Assembly (NCBI GenBank): GCA_951406725.2
Contig: OX597826.1
Span: forward strand, 36,146,001-36,210,000
Direction: 5' to 3'
Length of the DNA: 64,000 nucleotides
From: Octopus vulgaris
Lineage: Eukaryota
The translations under genes were made by a program, and so were the position numbers. Positions 11,661 through 26,078 of this stretch are shown here, piece by piece. Every line of letters begins with the position of its first letter. The stretch's first letter is position 1. Under the pieces are notes generated by a model, which worked only from the letters and a program-made list of their open reading frames with translations, was not told the DNA's origin and made no database searches.

Positions 11661-13594
11661 TACGGATTGCCTGACAAGTCCTTTATCATCTTCGGTCGTT
11701 TCTGCCTCAGAGAATTTCTGCAGCCAGGCTGCCTTCATTTCCAACTACGGTCATGGATGAAATTTGAACTCACATTGATAAACTGATAAATTATTTGTCA
11801 ATTTCTTTCAGTTAGCATGTGAACATACCACTAATAGCAGCGATATGAACAGATAAAGGATACTGATTTACCACTTAACTGAAAAGGACTGCTGCAAGTA
11901 AATTGCGTAGGTCACAGCAGGAGCATTGTAGCATTGATGGCATTGAAGCTACATCTCAGCTGTTCGGTCCAGCTCTTCAGTTGAGCCAGCTGCAATTCTG
12001 AAAGGCTTCATAGATATTCTTGAATTAAGGAAACACTATTGGACTTTATGAAGATTGGAATTAATTTCCTCTTCTCTTCCTGTTTCTTATTATATTCCAC
12101 ACATTGAATAGCCAAATTTTCAACTTCAAAAATATTTTAAAATCTTTTAACAATATTCTTCTCTGTTATATAGGTTCCTTTCAGCAGAAAAATATATATC
12201 CAAAAAATACTCCAAAATAACACCACAATGTTTTTCAGTTCAGCCTAGCTCTATTTTTATTAATTATATTTTTTGTTTATTTATTTTATTTTTTATTTTT
12301 TAATTTTTTTATTTTTTTTGCAATTCATTGCTTTTATTTTGTTTTTAAACTCATTTCCTAATAACTCAAGTTACTGAAAACATTCTTCCCATTAAGACCT
12401 TATACTAAAATAAAAAAAAAAGGACAATGAAATAAAAACGTAAACAAAACATAGTGAAAAACAACACATAACATATGTAAAAAAAACTATTACACAAGGC
12501 AAACTTTATAGCATTTCTGTATACAGATCCTAAAGGGGATGCCTTCATCTTAGAATTTAATTCCACATAAAACCCTTGAAAAGTATTTATAGACGCTATA
12601 TGACAAAGATATTAACTGAGCGAAGTGCCATTCTTCATAGGTTGATGTTATATGTTATGGCTTATGTTTCTTCTAGAAAGTTCTTTAGTGATGCATAGTG
12701 CATGTGTGTGTGTGTGTGTGTGTGTGTGTGCTCTTGCCTTTAATGTTGCCATTACACTTTTGCTTAGATCTTAGCTTTAAAAAACAACAAAACATTGCTG
12801 TGGGTGACAAGCATCAAGTTAATGTTTATTTCTATATTTCCCACCGTTTTTCTCACCTTTAATATATATACATACACACAACTTTATTATATATACATTA
12901 TACATATAATATATATACATATATATATATATATAATATGTATATATTTAATATATGCATAATATATAAGTAATAGATGATATATAATATAAATATACAT
13001 GTTTATTGTATATAAATTATATATATATATACAGACCCATCAAAAACACACAATCATACACGCATGTAAACACATGCATACACACCCAAATATAGGCATG
13101 CAAATACATGCATGCATGGATTCAAGAACACACATCCAAATGTGCATGTGAATGCAAATAAATGCACATACAAGTGCATATGCTTAACAATATGTGTGCA
13201 TACACACATACATACATACATACATACACACGAACACACACGCATGCAAACATACTTGCTTACAGGCATATACATGCAAACACATAGATGCATACACACA
13301 CATTCGCATACAAACATATAACAAACACTTAGGAACATACACACACACACATGCATATGAATGCAACCACATGCATTCAAATATACACATGGAAACACAC
13401 ATCCATAAAAACAAGAACAGGGTAACTTATACCCATAGAAACACACTCACACACATGCAAACATACACACACACATACACACAGCTCACACATATTTGTT
13501 GTTCTATAATCTTATGTGATAATATTTGTAAGTAGTGTGAATGTGTTTGTATTATATAACTGTACTTGTATATATGTGTGTATGTATATATGTA

Positions 13595-13625
<31 letters not shown>

Positions 13626-14326
13626 CATGTAATTTGTTGTTGAGTTTGTGTAGTATATTAGCATAGTATACATACATACAAATATCTACTGAGTGTATAG
13701 ACAAGTTGTATAAATGCATTGTGTGTATATATATATATATATATGTATTGTGCTTAAATATGTTTGTATCAGTATATTTGGTGCATGTGTGCAGTCATTT
13801 GCAGAGGCAATGCAGGTAAATTAGAAAAGATAAAACTAGGAGAAAGTCTGCAAACAATTCTTCTGTATTGGAAGATTTGTATTCCCACTACATTTAACAT
13901 ACAGAGTGTGTTGGAGAATGCTAAAGCATGGGTAATATAAAGAGGCAATGGCTAGTGGTTAGATAAATCCAATACTTGACCTCTGATTCCTTTGGTGAAA
14001 ACAGGTAGATCGGGTATTGGAGTTGATTATAAGAATAATTTTTGTTGAGGAAATGTGGGAGGTAAAAATGGCAGATAAACAAAAGTAGGGATAAGGAGTA
14101 TATTCATGTGGTAAGTTGGGTGTACAAATAAGCGAATGAAGCGATCAAGTCTTTACAGTTCTTTCAGATAAACGCTGTCAGGTGTCACAGCAATTTATGT
14201 CATGACATAAGTGAAGGACCAATAATGCTGTAAGTGTATGGGTTGACATGGATTCTGAGAGATCTTTGATGTGAAATTACGTCATCCTTGTCAGAAGACT
14301 CTAGCAAACAGCACACACACACGTAC

Positions 14327-14391
<65 letters not shown>

Positions 14392-14431
14392 TATGTCTAT
14401 ATACATATAGACATATATATGTACACACACA

Positions 14432-14722
14432 TATTGGGTCATCCCATAAATAATGCAGTTTTTTTATACTTCTTTTGTCTTTCAAAATTAAGATAAACAA
14501 AGTTCTTTTTTAATCTAAAATGTACTTTCCTTTATTTTCTACAATGCTTTCATCTGGTTGATTTTCAAGGCCCCACATCCAAAATTCACTTGTCTGTGAC
14601 GAAAAATACTCCTCCAGTACTCTTCTAACCTCATCTACAGAATTCATATTGTTTCCATCCAAATAATTTTGAAGACTGTGGGATAAATGATAATCAGAGG
14701 GAGCAATGTCCAGCAAATATGT
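14432..14722 (-). pseudogene. Mariner transposase C-terminus and terminal inverted repeat
   Basis: YLLDIAPSDYHLSHSLQNYLDG...IVENKGKYILD* is a decayed YSPDLAPSDY motif. Ends in TA + TTGGGTCATCCCATAAATAATGC, TIR-like, at 14432. Confidence 0.85.
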
Positions 14723-14900
14723 TGACAACAGATGCTGGTGTGTTTACGACCCCATAACTTAGCGGTTCAGCAAAAGAGACCAATAGAATAAGTAATAGGC
14801 TTACAAAGAATAAGTCCTGGGGTAAGTTTCTTTGACTAAAGGCAATGCTCCAGCACAACCACAGTCAAATGACTGAAATAAGTAAAAGAGTAAAAGAATA
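14722..14900 (+). mobile_element. SINE family K, 3' half
   Basis: TTGACAACAGATGCTGGTGTGTTTAC...GACTGAAATAAGTAAAAGAG; it truncates the mariner remnant. Confidence 0.8.
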
Positions 14901-15767
14901 TATACTGGTTGGTCATGGCTTGGGTAGCTCAGGTGATAGGTCTGGCAGATGAAGTCTAATTTAGAAGCTAAAAAACAACAAAAACATCACAAGACTAGAA
15001 ACATGGAATGGTCTTATGTTTGTTTCAAAGCTGAGGCCTTGCAAAGGAATTTCAAACCATAAACCAAGGGTGAAGGTATGAATAACTTTAAATCAAAGCA
15101 GACCTAATCCTAAGGACCACATTCTTCGACATGAGGAAATGGGAGATAACTGTGGCATATTCTTTGAGAAAGTAGATTAGTAAGTAAACAAGTATGGCAC
15201 CAGATTTATGGAGACACATAGACTATTGGTAAAGAATTCAAACAAAGTAAAATCAAGTTTATTGTTTTGGAAACTTTTAAAAATTCTTTACTTGAATACA
15301 GAAATTTGATGGAAGTATATTTCTGATAAAAAAAAATATATCTTTCACAAGAGAAGACATGCGCCATAAAAGACAACATTTCTTACAGCTTTAATTTCTT
15401 TGCAACTACATGACAGAACTTTTGGGATTTTATATTCTTTAAGACATGCAAATGCAAAAAAAAATCTCCTTCCACATCTTCCTTCTCTGTTACATAAGCC
15501 GTTATCCGCATTCCTATAAACACTTCAAGAAAATAAAACCTTCATTCATGTTCCAATTACACTGACTAATCTCCAGAAAGAAAAAATAACCAAATTCTTG
15601 CTAAATCTTACAGGCTTCAGCTTAATTTTGATGTTCTTTTGTTTTGTTTTTGGTTCTTCTTTCATGTTATTGCATAACATTAGCTTTCTTGTGTGATGAT
15701 TCACTCTGCTTAGTGGGTCTCATCTATATATATATATATATATATACACATACATACATATATATAT

Positions 15768-15867
<100 letters not shown>

Positions 15868-15914
15868 TATATAGACATATGTTCATGTATATAAGAATGT
15901 ATATGTGTATAAAA

Positions 15915-15945
<31 letters not shown>

Positions 15946-15962
15946 CACACATGTTTATACAT

Positions 15963-16204
15963 ATTCTTTTATTCTTTTACTTGTTTCAGTCATTTTGACT
16001 GCGGCCATGTTGGAGCACCACCTTTAGTCGAACAAATCACCCCAGGACTTATTCTTTGTAAGTCTAGTACTTATTCTATCAGTCTCTTTTGCCAAACCAT
16101 TAAGTTATGGAGATGTAGACACACCAACATCGGTTGTCAAACAATGGTGGAAGGAAAAACACACACACAAATATATACATACTTACATATACATATATAT
16201 ATAC

Positions 16205-16252
<48 letters not shown>

Positions 16253-16780
16253 GTCGAGCTTACGATCGTGAGGTTGTGAGCTCGAATCCCGGACCGGGCT
16301 GCGTGTTGTGTTCTTGAGCAAACCACTTTATTTCACGTTGCTCCAGTTCACTCATCTGTAGAAATGAGTTGCGACATCACTGGTGCCAAGCTGTATCGAC
16401 CTTTGTCTTTCCCTTGGATAACACTGGTGGCGTGGAGAGGGGAGGCTGGTACGCATGGGCGACTGCTGGTCTTCCATAAAACAACCTTGCCCGGACTTGT
16501 GTCTAGGAGGGTAACTTTCTAGGTGCAATCCGATGGTCATTCATGACCGAAGGGGGTCTTTACCTTTACCTTATATATATATATACATATATATATATGT
16601 ATATATATATACATATATGTATACAACAGGCTTCTTTCAGTTTCAATCTACCAAATCCACTCACAAGACTTTGGTCAACCCACGGCTAAAGCAGAAGACA
16701 CATGTCCAAGGTGCCACGCAGTGGAACTGAACCTGGAATCATGTGGTTGAAAAGCAAACTTCTTAACATACACCTACTTC
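15963..16780 (-). mobile_element. SINE family K with another SINE nested in its internal microsatellite
   Basis: 3' body at 15963-16160 and head at 16625-16780, both matching 49477-49884. Confidence 0.8.
16251..16569 (+). mobile_element. tRNA-derived SINE, head B + tail Z
   Basis: B-box-like GCTCGAATCC, then a CORE-like TTGTGTTCTTGAGCAAACCACTTTA shared with 54604-54922 and 61429-61740. Tail shared with 2735-2935. Confidence 0.8.
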
Positions 16781-16891
16781 TGTGCCTCATTATTAGACTA
16801 TTTTCCATAGTCATTGCATGGTGAGCACTATAAGCTTTAGGCTTATATAAATAGCATTATTAGTATATATATATACATATATATATACATA

Positions 16892-17045
16892 TACAGGGTG
16901 TGGTGAATATATTGTCATCTAAATTACGCAAAAAGGAAAATAACACTGACATCTCACTTTAACAGATATATTTACTGAATTTACATAAAAATATCTTGAA
17001 ATTCTAGAGTAAATTCATTCAATAAAATTGTCATTGTCTTCAACC
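16892..17045. mobile_element. Possible Tc1/mariner terminus fragment
   Basis: Starts TA-CAGGGTG next to (TA)n; no matching second end found. Confidence 0.35.
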
Positions 17046-17663
17046 CTTTGAGATTGTTAAATGAAATATCAGTTTTATATTGGTCTCTACACTCTCTCTC
17101 TCAAGACTGACAATTGTTGCAATGACGACATCTTGTAAAAACTAGAAAAGACACTCGAAAGAAATAACCATGTGATCCTTCTAACGATTTCTAATCAAAA
17201 TTTGTAATTCATTTGAAGAAATTTACAAGACAAATAATTTGCCAAAGTGATAGCACAAAGAAAGGAGGATTTATGTGCCAAAGATTTACTTAATGTCATG
17301 CCAGGGACTACAACTAATAAAAAACTATGTGATAGGTTCAGAGATGATCATCAGGTTAAGAACGTCACTTATGAATGTAATGGTTTAGGTCAAGTCACAC
17401 AGTATTGTAACTTGGGCAGATGGTTTCTACTATAGGCACAGAGACTGAAATTTGGGCTTTGAGGTTTCATGTCAGACTGTTTCAACTGCACATCAATTTT
17501 TGAAACAGCTGTAAAGAGAAAAATCTGCACACCTTTCTTCTCGTTCAGTTTTGGATTTTAGCTATCCTTATGAGTGGATTTGGGAGATGGAAACTAGAAT
17601 AAGCCATCACACACACACATGCATGTGCATGCACGTGTGTGTGTGTATACCAATGTTTGTGTG

Positions 17664-17714
<51 letters not shown>

Positions 17715-19799
17715 CTACACACATACATAAGACGACTGTTTTTATCCACTGCTCTAAAGACCCTAGTAATTCCATGTTTTATTTGACGCAGTGAACCAAA
17801 AGATTCCATTATTTAAAATTAATTCCGTAATGATTAGAACAATTATAATTTGGATTATAAATTATCAGAAAAGATGAGAAAATATCCCCACAGTTTTAAT
17901 ATTTAATTTTGATTAAATATGATATGCAGTGGGGAAATAAACTGAATCTTTGATAAGTAGATCGGCAACACTATACATATTTCAGCCTTACTTACCCTCA
18001 TCAGAGGAGCATATTCTTACCATTTTTACAGATCTAAGATTATGAAAGAAATATTTATGATTATCACAAATTAATGCAGAGAAATGATGTGGTCGCTTAA
18101 AAGAACAACCAGCAAATCTTTATTGTTCTTAAAAGGTTTCCTCTAAAAGCAGATCGCAATCCTAAATGGAAGATAAGCAGCACGAGAATTTTGTATGTTG
18201 TGCTTGCTAATAGCTGTATCTAAACTTTGATATTTTAGGAATTTATTCAAGTTATTTATAACCGATGGCTAGAATGTTGCATTAGAGAGAGGGTTACTTT
18301 AATGATGATTCCTGTAGCCTTGTAGTAGATGGCTTCTCAATGGACATTTTTTTCACCAAGGATTTATTTTAAATTCCATTAATCTGTACTATTGACTGCA
18401 TAGTTGTATAACAAAATGATAATTGCCAGATGGAAAATACTGCAAAGATAGGCAGAGTAAATATAACTATGGATGTACATACTGAACAGAATTATAACTG
18501 TAACTCTAATCTGAAACAATTATTTACAAAGAATCCAATTATTGTAATTATCTCTAATGACAAAAGCTAGTATTATATTCCATTTGATTATATGGTTGCT
18601 ATCGTTAATTGATTTTAAATGTAATATCATTGGAAAGGATTATGATAAACATGAGAGTAGCATCAACATCATCAACTACAGTGATCACAACAACATCATT
18701 GACTACAATGTTAACAACAACAACGACAACAGTTACAATACAAACAGAAGTAAAACATGGCAGTTCTTTTATAAGAGCCAAGACGAGTCATGTTTATGAA
18801 TACTAATGGACAGAGAAAGATAGAGAAAGCAATTATCCAAACATAGTTTGCAGGTTGTCACAGATATACACACACATACACACATATCGTTTCTTCTCAT
18901 TCCAGTCTTTGTTTTACATAAACGTCATCTGTTAACTGAGTCCCATTTAAACTCATTTCACTTCTTTTGATTTACACTATGTTGTACATAAATAAATATC
19001 ATTTAATTAACGATGAGCCACCAAAAGCACAAATATTCAAATTAGACTGTCCACTAAGTGCTAGCTTAATTCATGACTGCTTTACAAGCAGCTGATCAAT
19101 GCTATTGATAAGGGAAGGAAGATGGGTACACCTTCATTGAGGAGTGGTCAACAAAATATAAAACTGTCCATCAAAAAATTTATTCCAAATTTTTGGACAT
19201 CAGTAGCATAAAAGGAATCTGCTTACATTCTTATTTAGTTCACAGTAAGGTTTTATAATGCTCTTTTGATTTACACTTTATTCTGCATGAACTTAGTTTG
19301 CTTACATTAGCTATGAATTACATACATTACATTACTTATAAAGTCACATACTGAATTACCCGGAACAACCATTTTTCTTTACTACAGAAAAACCCCTGCC
19401 TTTTTAAAGTCTTTATTTCTACATCAAAACCTTCCACTCAACAGTCTTTCACTCTAAGCTGCACAGGCGTACATTGCTGTATTGGTGCAGTGCACAATAA
19501 AACGTTGCTTCTCATTTCAATTTACAGACATGTACTTCAAAGGCTCTATAAAAGGTACCCAGGCTCTGACTGTCCATTTTGGCATGGTTTCCACAGCTGC
19601 ATGTCCTTCTTAATAGCAACCACTTTACAGAGTAAAATGCCACACACTAATTTCAAATTTCAAATATTTTGCTGAAATTATCAAAAGTTTTAGCAAAATG
19701 GTGAGAACATTGCTTCCATTGTAATCTCAGGTAAGAATCTTCCAAACATCAGTTTCCTTTCAGCTTAGTTATTTTACCAAAATTGTTACAGATGTAAAA

Positions 19800-19950
19800 A
19801 ATGTGCAGTAAGAAATTTCCTTCTTAACTTCATGGTTTCAGAGTCAGTCCCACTCTGTGGCTCCTTCAACATGTGTCTTCTATTATAGCATGTGGCTGAA
19901 CAAGGCCTTGGTGGTGGATTTGGTAGACAGAAACTGGAAAAGGTCTGTTG
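19800..19950 (+). mobile_element. SINE family K, degenerate 5' half
   Basis: TCAGTCCCACT...TGTCTTCTATTATAGC...GTGGATTTGGTAGACAGAAACTG. Confidence 0.7.
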
Positions 19951-19959
19951 CATGTATGA

Positions 19960-20000
<41 letters not shown>

Positions 20001-20034
20001 TATTTCTTTTCTTGCCATTGCTAGAAAAAAGCAT

Positions 20035-20215
20035 TGAAATGAGTCACTGATGATGCAATGTGAAGCTCTTGTATGACATTTGAGCCTGGCCAAAGATTTG
20101 CACATTCTATTGCATAATGCACAGCTGTGCTGGCAGGCAGGGGGGACATGCTTTTTCAATCCTCCAACTAGAAGCACACCTTTCCACAGGCTGCACATGT
20201 TCTGCTGTGAGTAAT
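20035..20215 (-). mobile_element. LINE ORF C-terminal C2H2 remnant
   Basis: CALCNRMCKSLARLKCHTRASH, similar to 58681-58860. Confidence 0.5.
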
Positions 20216-20225
20216 AGCTGTATCA

Positions 20226-20264
<39 letters not shown>

Positions 20265-20266
<2 letters not shown>

Positions 20267-20470
20267 CACCATCGTCATCATCATCATCATTTAATGACCA
20301 TTTTCCATGCTGGCATTGATTGCCCAGTGTGACGGGAGCTGGCCAGCCAGATCACTACCCAGGCTCAGACTGTCTGTTTTGGCATGGTTTCTACAGCTGG
20401 ATGCCCTTCCAAATGCCAACCACTTTACAGAGTGTACTAGGTGCTCTTTACATGGCACTGGCATGGACAC
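20265..20470 (-). mobile_element. RTE-like LINE 3' end with (GAT)n tail
   Basis: TGGCATGGTTTCTACAGCTGGATGCCCTTCCAAATGCCAACCAC block. Confidence 0.75.
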
Positions 20471-21069
20471 TTTATGCGTGACATACGCATGTGTGCTTTA
20501 TATGTGGCATCAATAAAGGTGCTTCACATGTGGCAGGAGCAGCCAAAAGCCCACATGGCAACGTCCTCATGGCATGGTTATAACGGACAAACTTTTATGC
20601 ATGGAAGAACATGATTTTACTTAGCTTCATGTGTCTGCAGTAGCATATACATTAGTAAATATATATGGAAAACAACCTTGTTGTGTGCTTTCAAAGATCT
20701 TCTAAAGGAATCAGCAATGGAATGCTATTATAATGGAGAACTTCTTCTGACACTGGATATACATGTGGCAATCTGTAAATATCAACATCAATATATATAT
20801 ATATATATACATACCGTATTCTGTATTACATATATACATATAAGTACATGATATGCATATACAAATGCTTATGTACATATATACATGTGTATGCATGTGT
20901 GTGTGTGTGTGTGTGTGCAAACATGCATATATATGTTTGAATGCTACAGGAATGAATTTCTTAGTAAAATTCATAAAAGAGCTGTGCTGTGAGAAATATT
21001 TGGATGTGATATAATTTGTTTTATAGACTAACTGGACCAAAAAATACAAAGTATACCCATTAAGATTGA

Positions 21070-21390
<321 letters not shown>

Positions 21391-22004
21391 TGATGTGAAT
21401 GTATGTGTTTGTATACATATTGGTATTAATCTCTTCTACAGTTTTAGGCAAAACAAATTACTCAGTTAAATACATTTTGCAAGACTGAAGCTGGAACGGT
21501 TGTCAAGTTAAACCAATGCCAAAAAGAAAAGGAAACAAAAGATGAAAATAGCTTTTCCCCAGTCCTAAATCCAATCTTTATTAAAAAAAAATTACATTTC
21601 TTCAATATATTATTATATAAAAAATCTAGCAAAAAAAAAAAAAAAAAAGAAATCAAGAAATTTGTGGATATTGCCAAAATAAATTCTACCTCACCAAGAA
21701 TATCTGTATAGAAAACAAATGATTGTCTCTTCATCATAATAAGGAAACAGGGAATCACAATATAAGGATCAACTTTGACAGATGAATTACAACATGGTTT
21801 TGGCAGAGTTCTATGTATTGTGCATTGTTAATATTGTTGTTTGACTTCGTTAAGATGGTAATATTTATCAGATCAGCTATAATTTATAGTTCTGATAACA
21901 AATAATGTACAATTTGCTGACCCTATATTATTGGTAGCAGATTTATTTAAGGGTTGCTCAGTTTTCCTATAAATATTTTCCCTAACTACCTAAAGGATGT
22001 TCTG

Positions 22005-22480
<476 letters not shown>

Positions 22481-22646
22481 TTATATATGAATACTTGACT
22501 ATGAAGGTTATGTACACAAAGACACATGTTGGTATATTTCAATATACACTTATGTCTCTTTTTATATATTCAATTTTATGCATGTGTATGTATCTATATA
22601 GATGTGTGTGTGCATACACCCCCCCACACACACACACTCACACACA

Positions 22647-22686
<40 letters not shown>

Positions 22687-23443
22687 CATATACATAAATA
22701 TGCCTGTATTTATGCAGATATGTAAATAGGAACAAAGTCCAGCAATCAATTTAGCTTTTAACCCAGATTCTTGTTGTTCTTAAGTTAATGGAACTACTAA
22801 GAATGAGACTTGATTTTTTTTGCAATGGAAATCTCTCGTTCATGAAATTTATGGAAAAATGCAAGAATATTTGGCTAAAATATTATTTTCTAAAATCAAC
22901 CAGAATAACTAATGGAAAAATATTGAACTGTAAAAGTACAACAGAGATACGTTTGCAGATGTTTATGCTAAAATGTACTTTAATCTAGGTCAGCAGTAAT
23001 TTTTGTTGAGTCTCAACGGAATGAATTTTCCTGTGCAACAACCATATGTTTGTGCTTGTTGAAACCCCTAGCAGAATCTTTGGTCATATGGGAACATGTT
23101 GGTGATATTTGTGATCAATTGTTTGGATAAATAAATTGGAAATATATAAAAATACAATAACATATAAAAGGAACATTATTTACATCATTTACATTTGATG
23201 GATATTTGTCCTCATCTTGTTTGTTGTTAATACAACATTTCGGCTGATTTACCCTCCAGCCTTAATCAGGTGTCTTGGGGAAATTTCGAACCTCCGTTCT
23301 CAATCTTAAGGTATTTTTTAATGTTATTATTATTATTATTATTCCGGTCACTGCCTGGAATTGAACTCAGAATCTTGGGTTTAGTAGCCCATGCTCTTAA
23401 CCACTATGCCATATGCCCATGGGCATAATAATATTAATAATAA

Positions 23444-23674
23444 GGGGGGCAAATTGGCAGAAATGCTAGCATGCCAGGTGAAATGCTTAGTGGTATTTCG
23501 TTTGTCTTTATGTTCTGAGTTCAAATTCCGCAGAGGTCGACTTTGCCTTTCATCCTTGCAGACTCGATAAATTAAGTACCAGTTATGCACTGGGATCGAT
23601 GTAATCGACTTAATTCCTTTGTCTGTCCTTGTTTGTCCCCTCTATGTTTAGCCCCTTGTAGGCAATAAAGAAAT
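23444..23674 (+). mobile_element. SINE family M
   Basis: TGGCAGAAAT...GAGTTCAAATTCC head and central GACTTTGCCTTTCATCCTT...GATAAATTAAGTACCAG; inserted in (AAT)n. Confidence 0.85.
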
Positions 23675-24565
23675 AATAATAATAATAATAATAACATCAA
23701 AAAATACCTTAGGAATGAGAATTGAGGTTTGAAATTTCCCCAAGACACCTGATGAAGGCTGGAGGGTAGATCAGCCGAAACAAGAAACAAGTTGAAGACA
23801 AATATCCGTTAAATGTAAATAATATAAATAACTAGCATTAAAGACCCCGTCGTTGCCGGGTCATAGTGCTAGTGCATGTATATATGTGTATATATATGTG
23901 TACATCTATATATATACATCTACACATAAAATACAAAATACAAAGTTATATCTTGATATCGCTAGTGATAACAATACTCAAAATATATAACAGAGTGGAA
24001 TTGTTAGCCCGTCTCTTCTAATTTCAATCAATTGTATCTTGTCCTCCCTCTTGTATAGAAGTGTGGCTACAATCCAGCCTACCTCTACTTCTGGCGGGGG
24101 AGGGCATTTTAAATTTTTTTCTGGGACATCCTACGTCCAAGATATAAAGGTAAGAATAAAATATTTCCACTTTGCAAGTTCGAGTCGAGTACTCCCTTGC
24201 ACGCTCCGTTGACTCGAACCTTGCTTCTATTGTGGCGAATTTACTGCCTCTGATTAGATATCTTTCATAGTCGCACCAAGACACTTTTCGAAAGTGCTTT
24301 CCTCCATGTGTTTAAATCTTCTTTCTTCTCAACATTGTATACTTTATAGACAGTAGTCTTTTCTTTAATTTAATTTTTTATTATCCATCTTGACTATTCC
24401 ATTTCTGCACGCTAATTTTATTTTTAATTTATTCCCATTCATGTGAAACCTCTTATTGAAGTTCAAGTCATTGATGCAATTTTATACAAATTGCTATTTT
24501 TACTTTTGTTATGTTACGATGATATTATACTTTAGTTTGATTTTAATTATTACTTACTACATATA

Positions 24566-24909
24566 TTACGGAGATGTACTCGCATAGCAAGTAATTTGAT
24601 CTGAGATCGTGTGCTGAAATGAAAACAATTGCAGCGTGGAAGGTGTTTGTAAGCCATTTAAGAAACACACAAAAGCCGTTCGATTCACTTCAACATTTAA
24701 GTTTAATTTGTCAAAATACTTTCGTCGCTAAAATCCGTGACCTGTTCACTGACAAAAATCCGAGATGCAGCACGGATTTTTGTCAGTAAACAGGTCGCGG
24801 ATCTTAGCGACGAAAATATTTTGACAAATTAAACTTAAATGTTGAAGTGAATCGAACGGCTTTGTGTGTTTCTTAAATGGCTTACAAACACCTTCCATGC
24901 TGCAATTGT
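24566..24909. mobile_element. PLE-type fold-back insertion with variant HHR motifs, nested in the Helitron
   Basis: Arms 24623-24762 and 24773-24911 with a 10-nt spacer. 12-bp TSD TTACTACATATA at 24554-24565 and 24910-24921. Left arm has an extra ~57-nt extension. Confidence 0.85.
24779..24828 (+). ncRNA. Candidate G3-C8 variant hammerhead ribozyme (mirror copy on - at 24707-24756)
   Basis: Two-arm consensus UUUGUCA-GUGAACA-G-GUCGC-GGAUYUUA-GCGAC-GAA-AAUAUU-U^UGACAAA. Confidence 0.65.
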
Positions 24910-25599
24910 TTACTACATATAATTCAATTGTTATTATTATTTTTATTGTTAAAGTGAAAGTATCTGACATAAAATAGAGAAACGTTTTTGTTTCACTTTT
25001 AACACGTAATACTGAAATAGTGGAGAAGATATGATATTGCTATGGGCTCGCTCTAGGCAAGAAGTTGAACATTTTTTTTGCCCATGAAACTACATGGACC
25101 CTAAGTAAGGCATGTGTAAAATTTGAATGAAATTGGTTGTGTAGTTCTCAAGTTTTAGGGAAACACACACACAGACAGACAGACACACACACACACATTC
25201 TCAGTTTTATATATATAAAGATGTACATAATTCCTCATCTCTTAAATACAGAACTGTAGAATATAAAAGGAAATTGGATAAATTCCTAATTAGTCAATCA
25301 AATTAATCAACCATTACAAAGGAAGGTTAGTTGCTACAGACTCAATTATTGATCAACAGAGACTGAATGTAAATCCATTAAGATTGAATGTAAACCTGAA
25401 GACATTGTCTTGGTACACAGCACAAGTTTCAGAATGAAGGAATAGGAGAAAAATGGAAATCAAAAGCTGTAAAGAAACAAGTGGTGGTTTATGCCACTGT
25501 AAAATGTATAGCACAGTTCATAGGCATAGTTATGGCTTCCTAACCAATTGGTTTTGGTTCACCAGTTCTGGAGGATCTGGAAAATCCATGAATACAACA

Positions 25600-26036
25600 C
25601 CTTAGCCAAATAACTTGACAAGCTCAGAAATTATAAAGATTTGCTCATTGAAATCAGAAAAAAATGTGATATCTCAAAGTGGTTACTATCATGGTGATTG
25701 TAGAAGCACTGAAAATGATCAAAAAAAAAAAAAAATGGAGCTGAAAAATTATTTGAGAATCATCCTTGGTTTACCATCCTTGCAAGAACTGTATATAAAT
25801 TGTTTTAACTTGTACGTCACATTTTTGAGAAGACTGTTACATTGGGAATGATGACCTTTCTTGTAAATGTCTTTTTTTTTACTAACTTCATTTGATTTCG
25901 TAAATGAACAATCTGGTGTTTATTTTAATTGCCTATCAATGTATAACAGTGAGTTTCTTTGCCCTAGGTATCGGGAAGATACTTGGCAAGAAACAGAAAT
26001 TACAGTGAAGGAAGAAAATCTCATAATAACAACAAC

Positions 26037-26076
<40 letters not shown>
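25600..26076 (+). mobile_element. 3' end of an RLE-type LINE (R4/Dong-like) with (TAA)n tail
   Basis: Frameshifted YLKVVTIMVIVEALKMIKK...NYLRIILGLPSLQEL...IVLTCTSHFLRRLL resembles the VIVGALG...QK..L.GT.HILR C-terminus of restriction-like-endonuclease LINEs. Confidence 0.65.

Positions 26077-26078
<2 letters not shown>

Larger units (their letters stand above)
23832..25221 (-). mobile_element. Non-autonomous Helitron
   Basis: Minus strand begins TC (25221) and ends CTAG (23832), with subterminal hairpin GACCC...GGGTC at 23843-23862. Inserted between A and T with no TSD; removing it restores the host repeat. (CAGA)n near the 5' end. Confidence 0.88.
23174..25260. mobile_element. Fold-back pair of tRNA-head/HHR elements (copy C on -, 23174-23419; copy D on +, interrupted by a SINE and a Helitron)
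   Basis: 12-bp TSD ATATAAAAGGAA at 23162-23173 and 25261-25272. Palindromic junction TATGCCCATGGGCATA at 23412-23427. The tail of D resumes at 25222. Confidence 0.85.

Noticed and set aside
18609-18806. Short Thr-rich ORF
   Set aside because: It is explained by decayed (CAA/CAT)n and has no splice or homology support.
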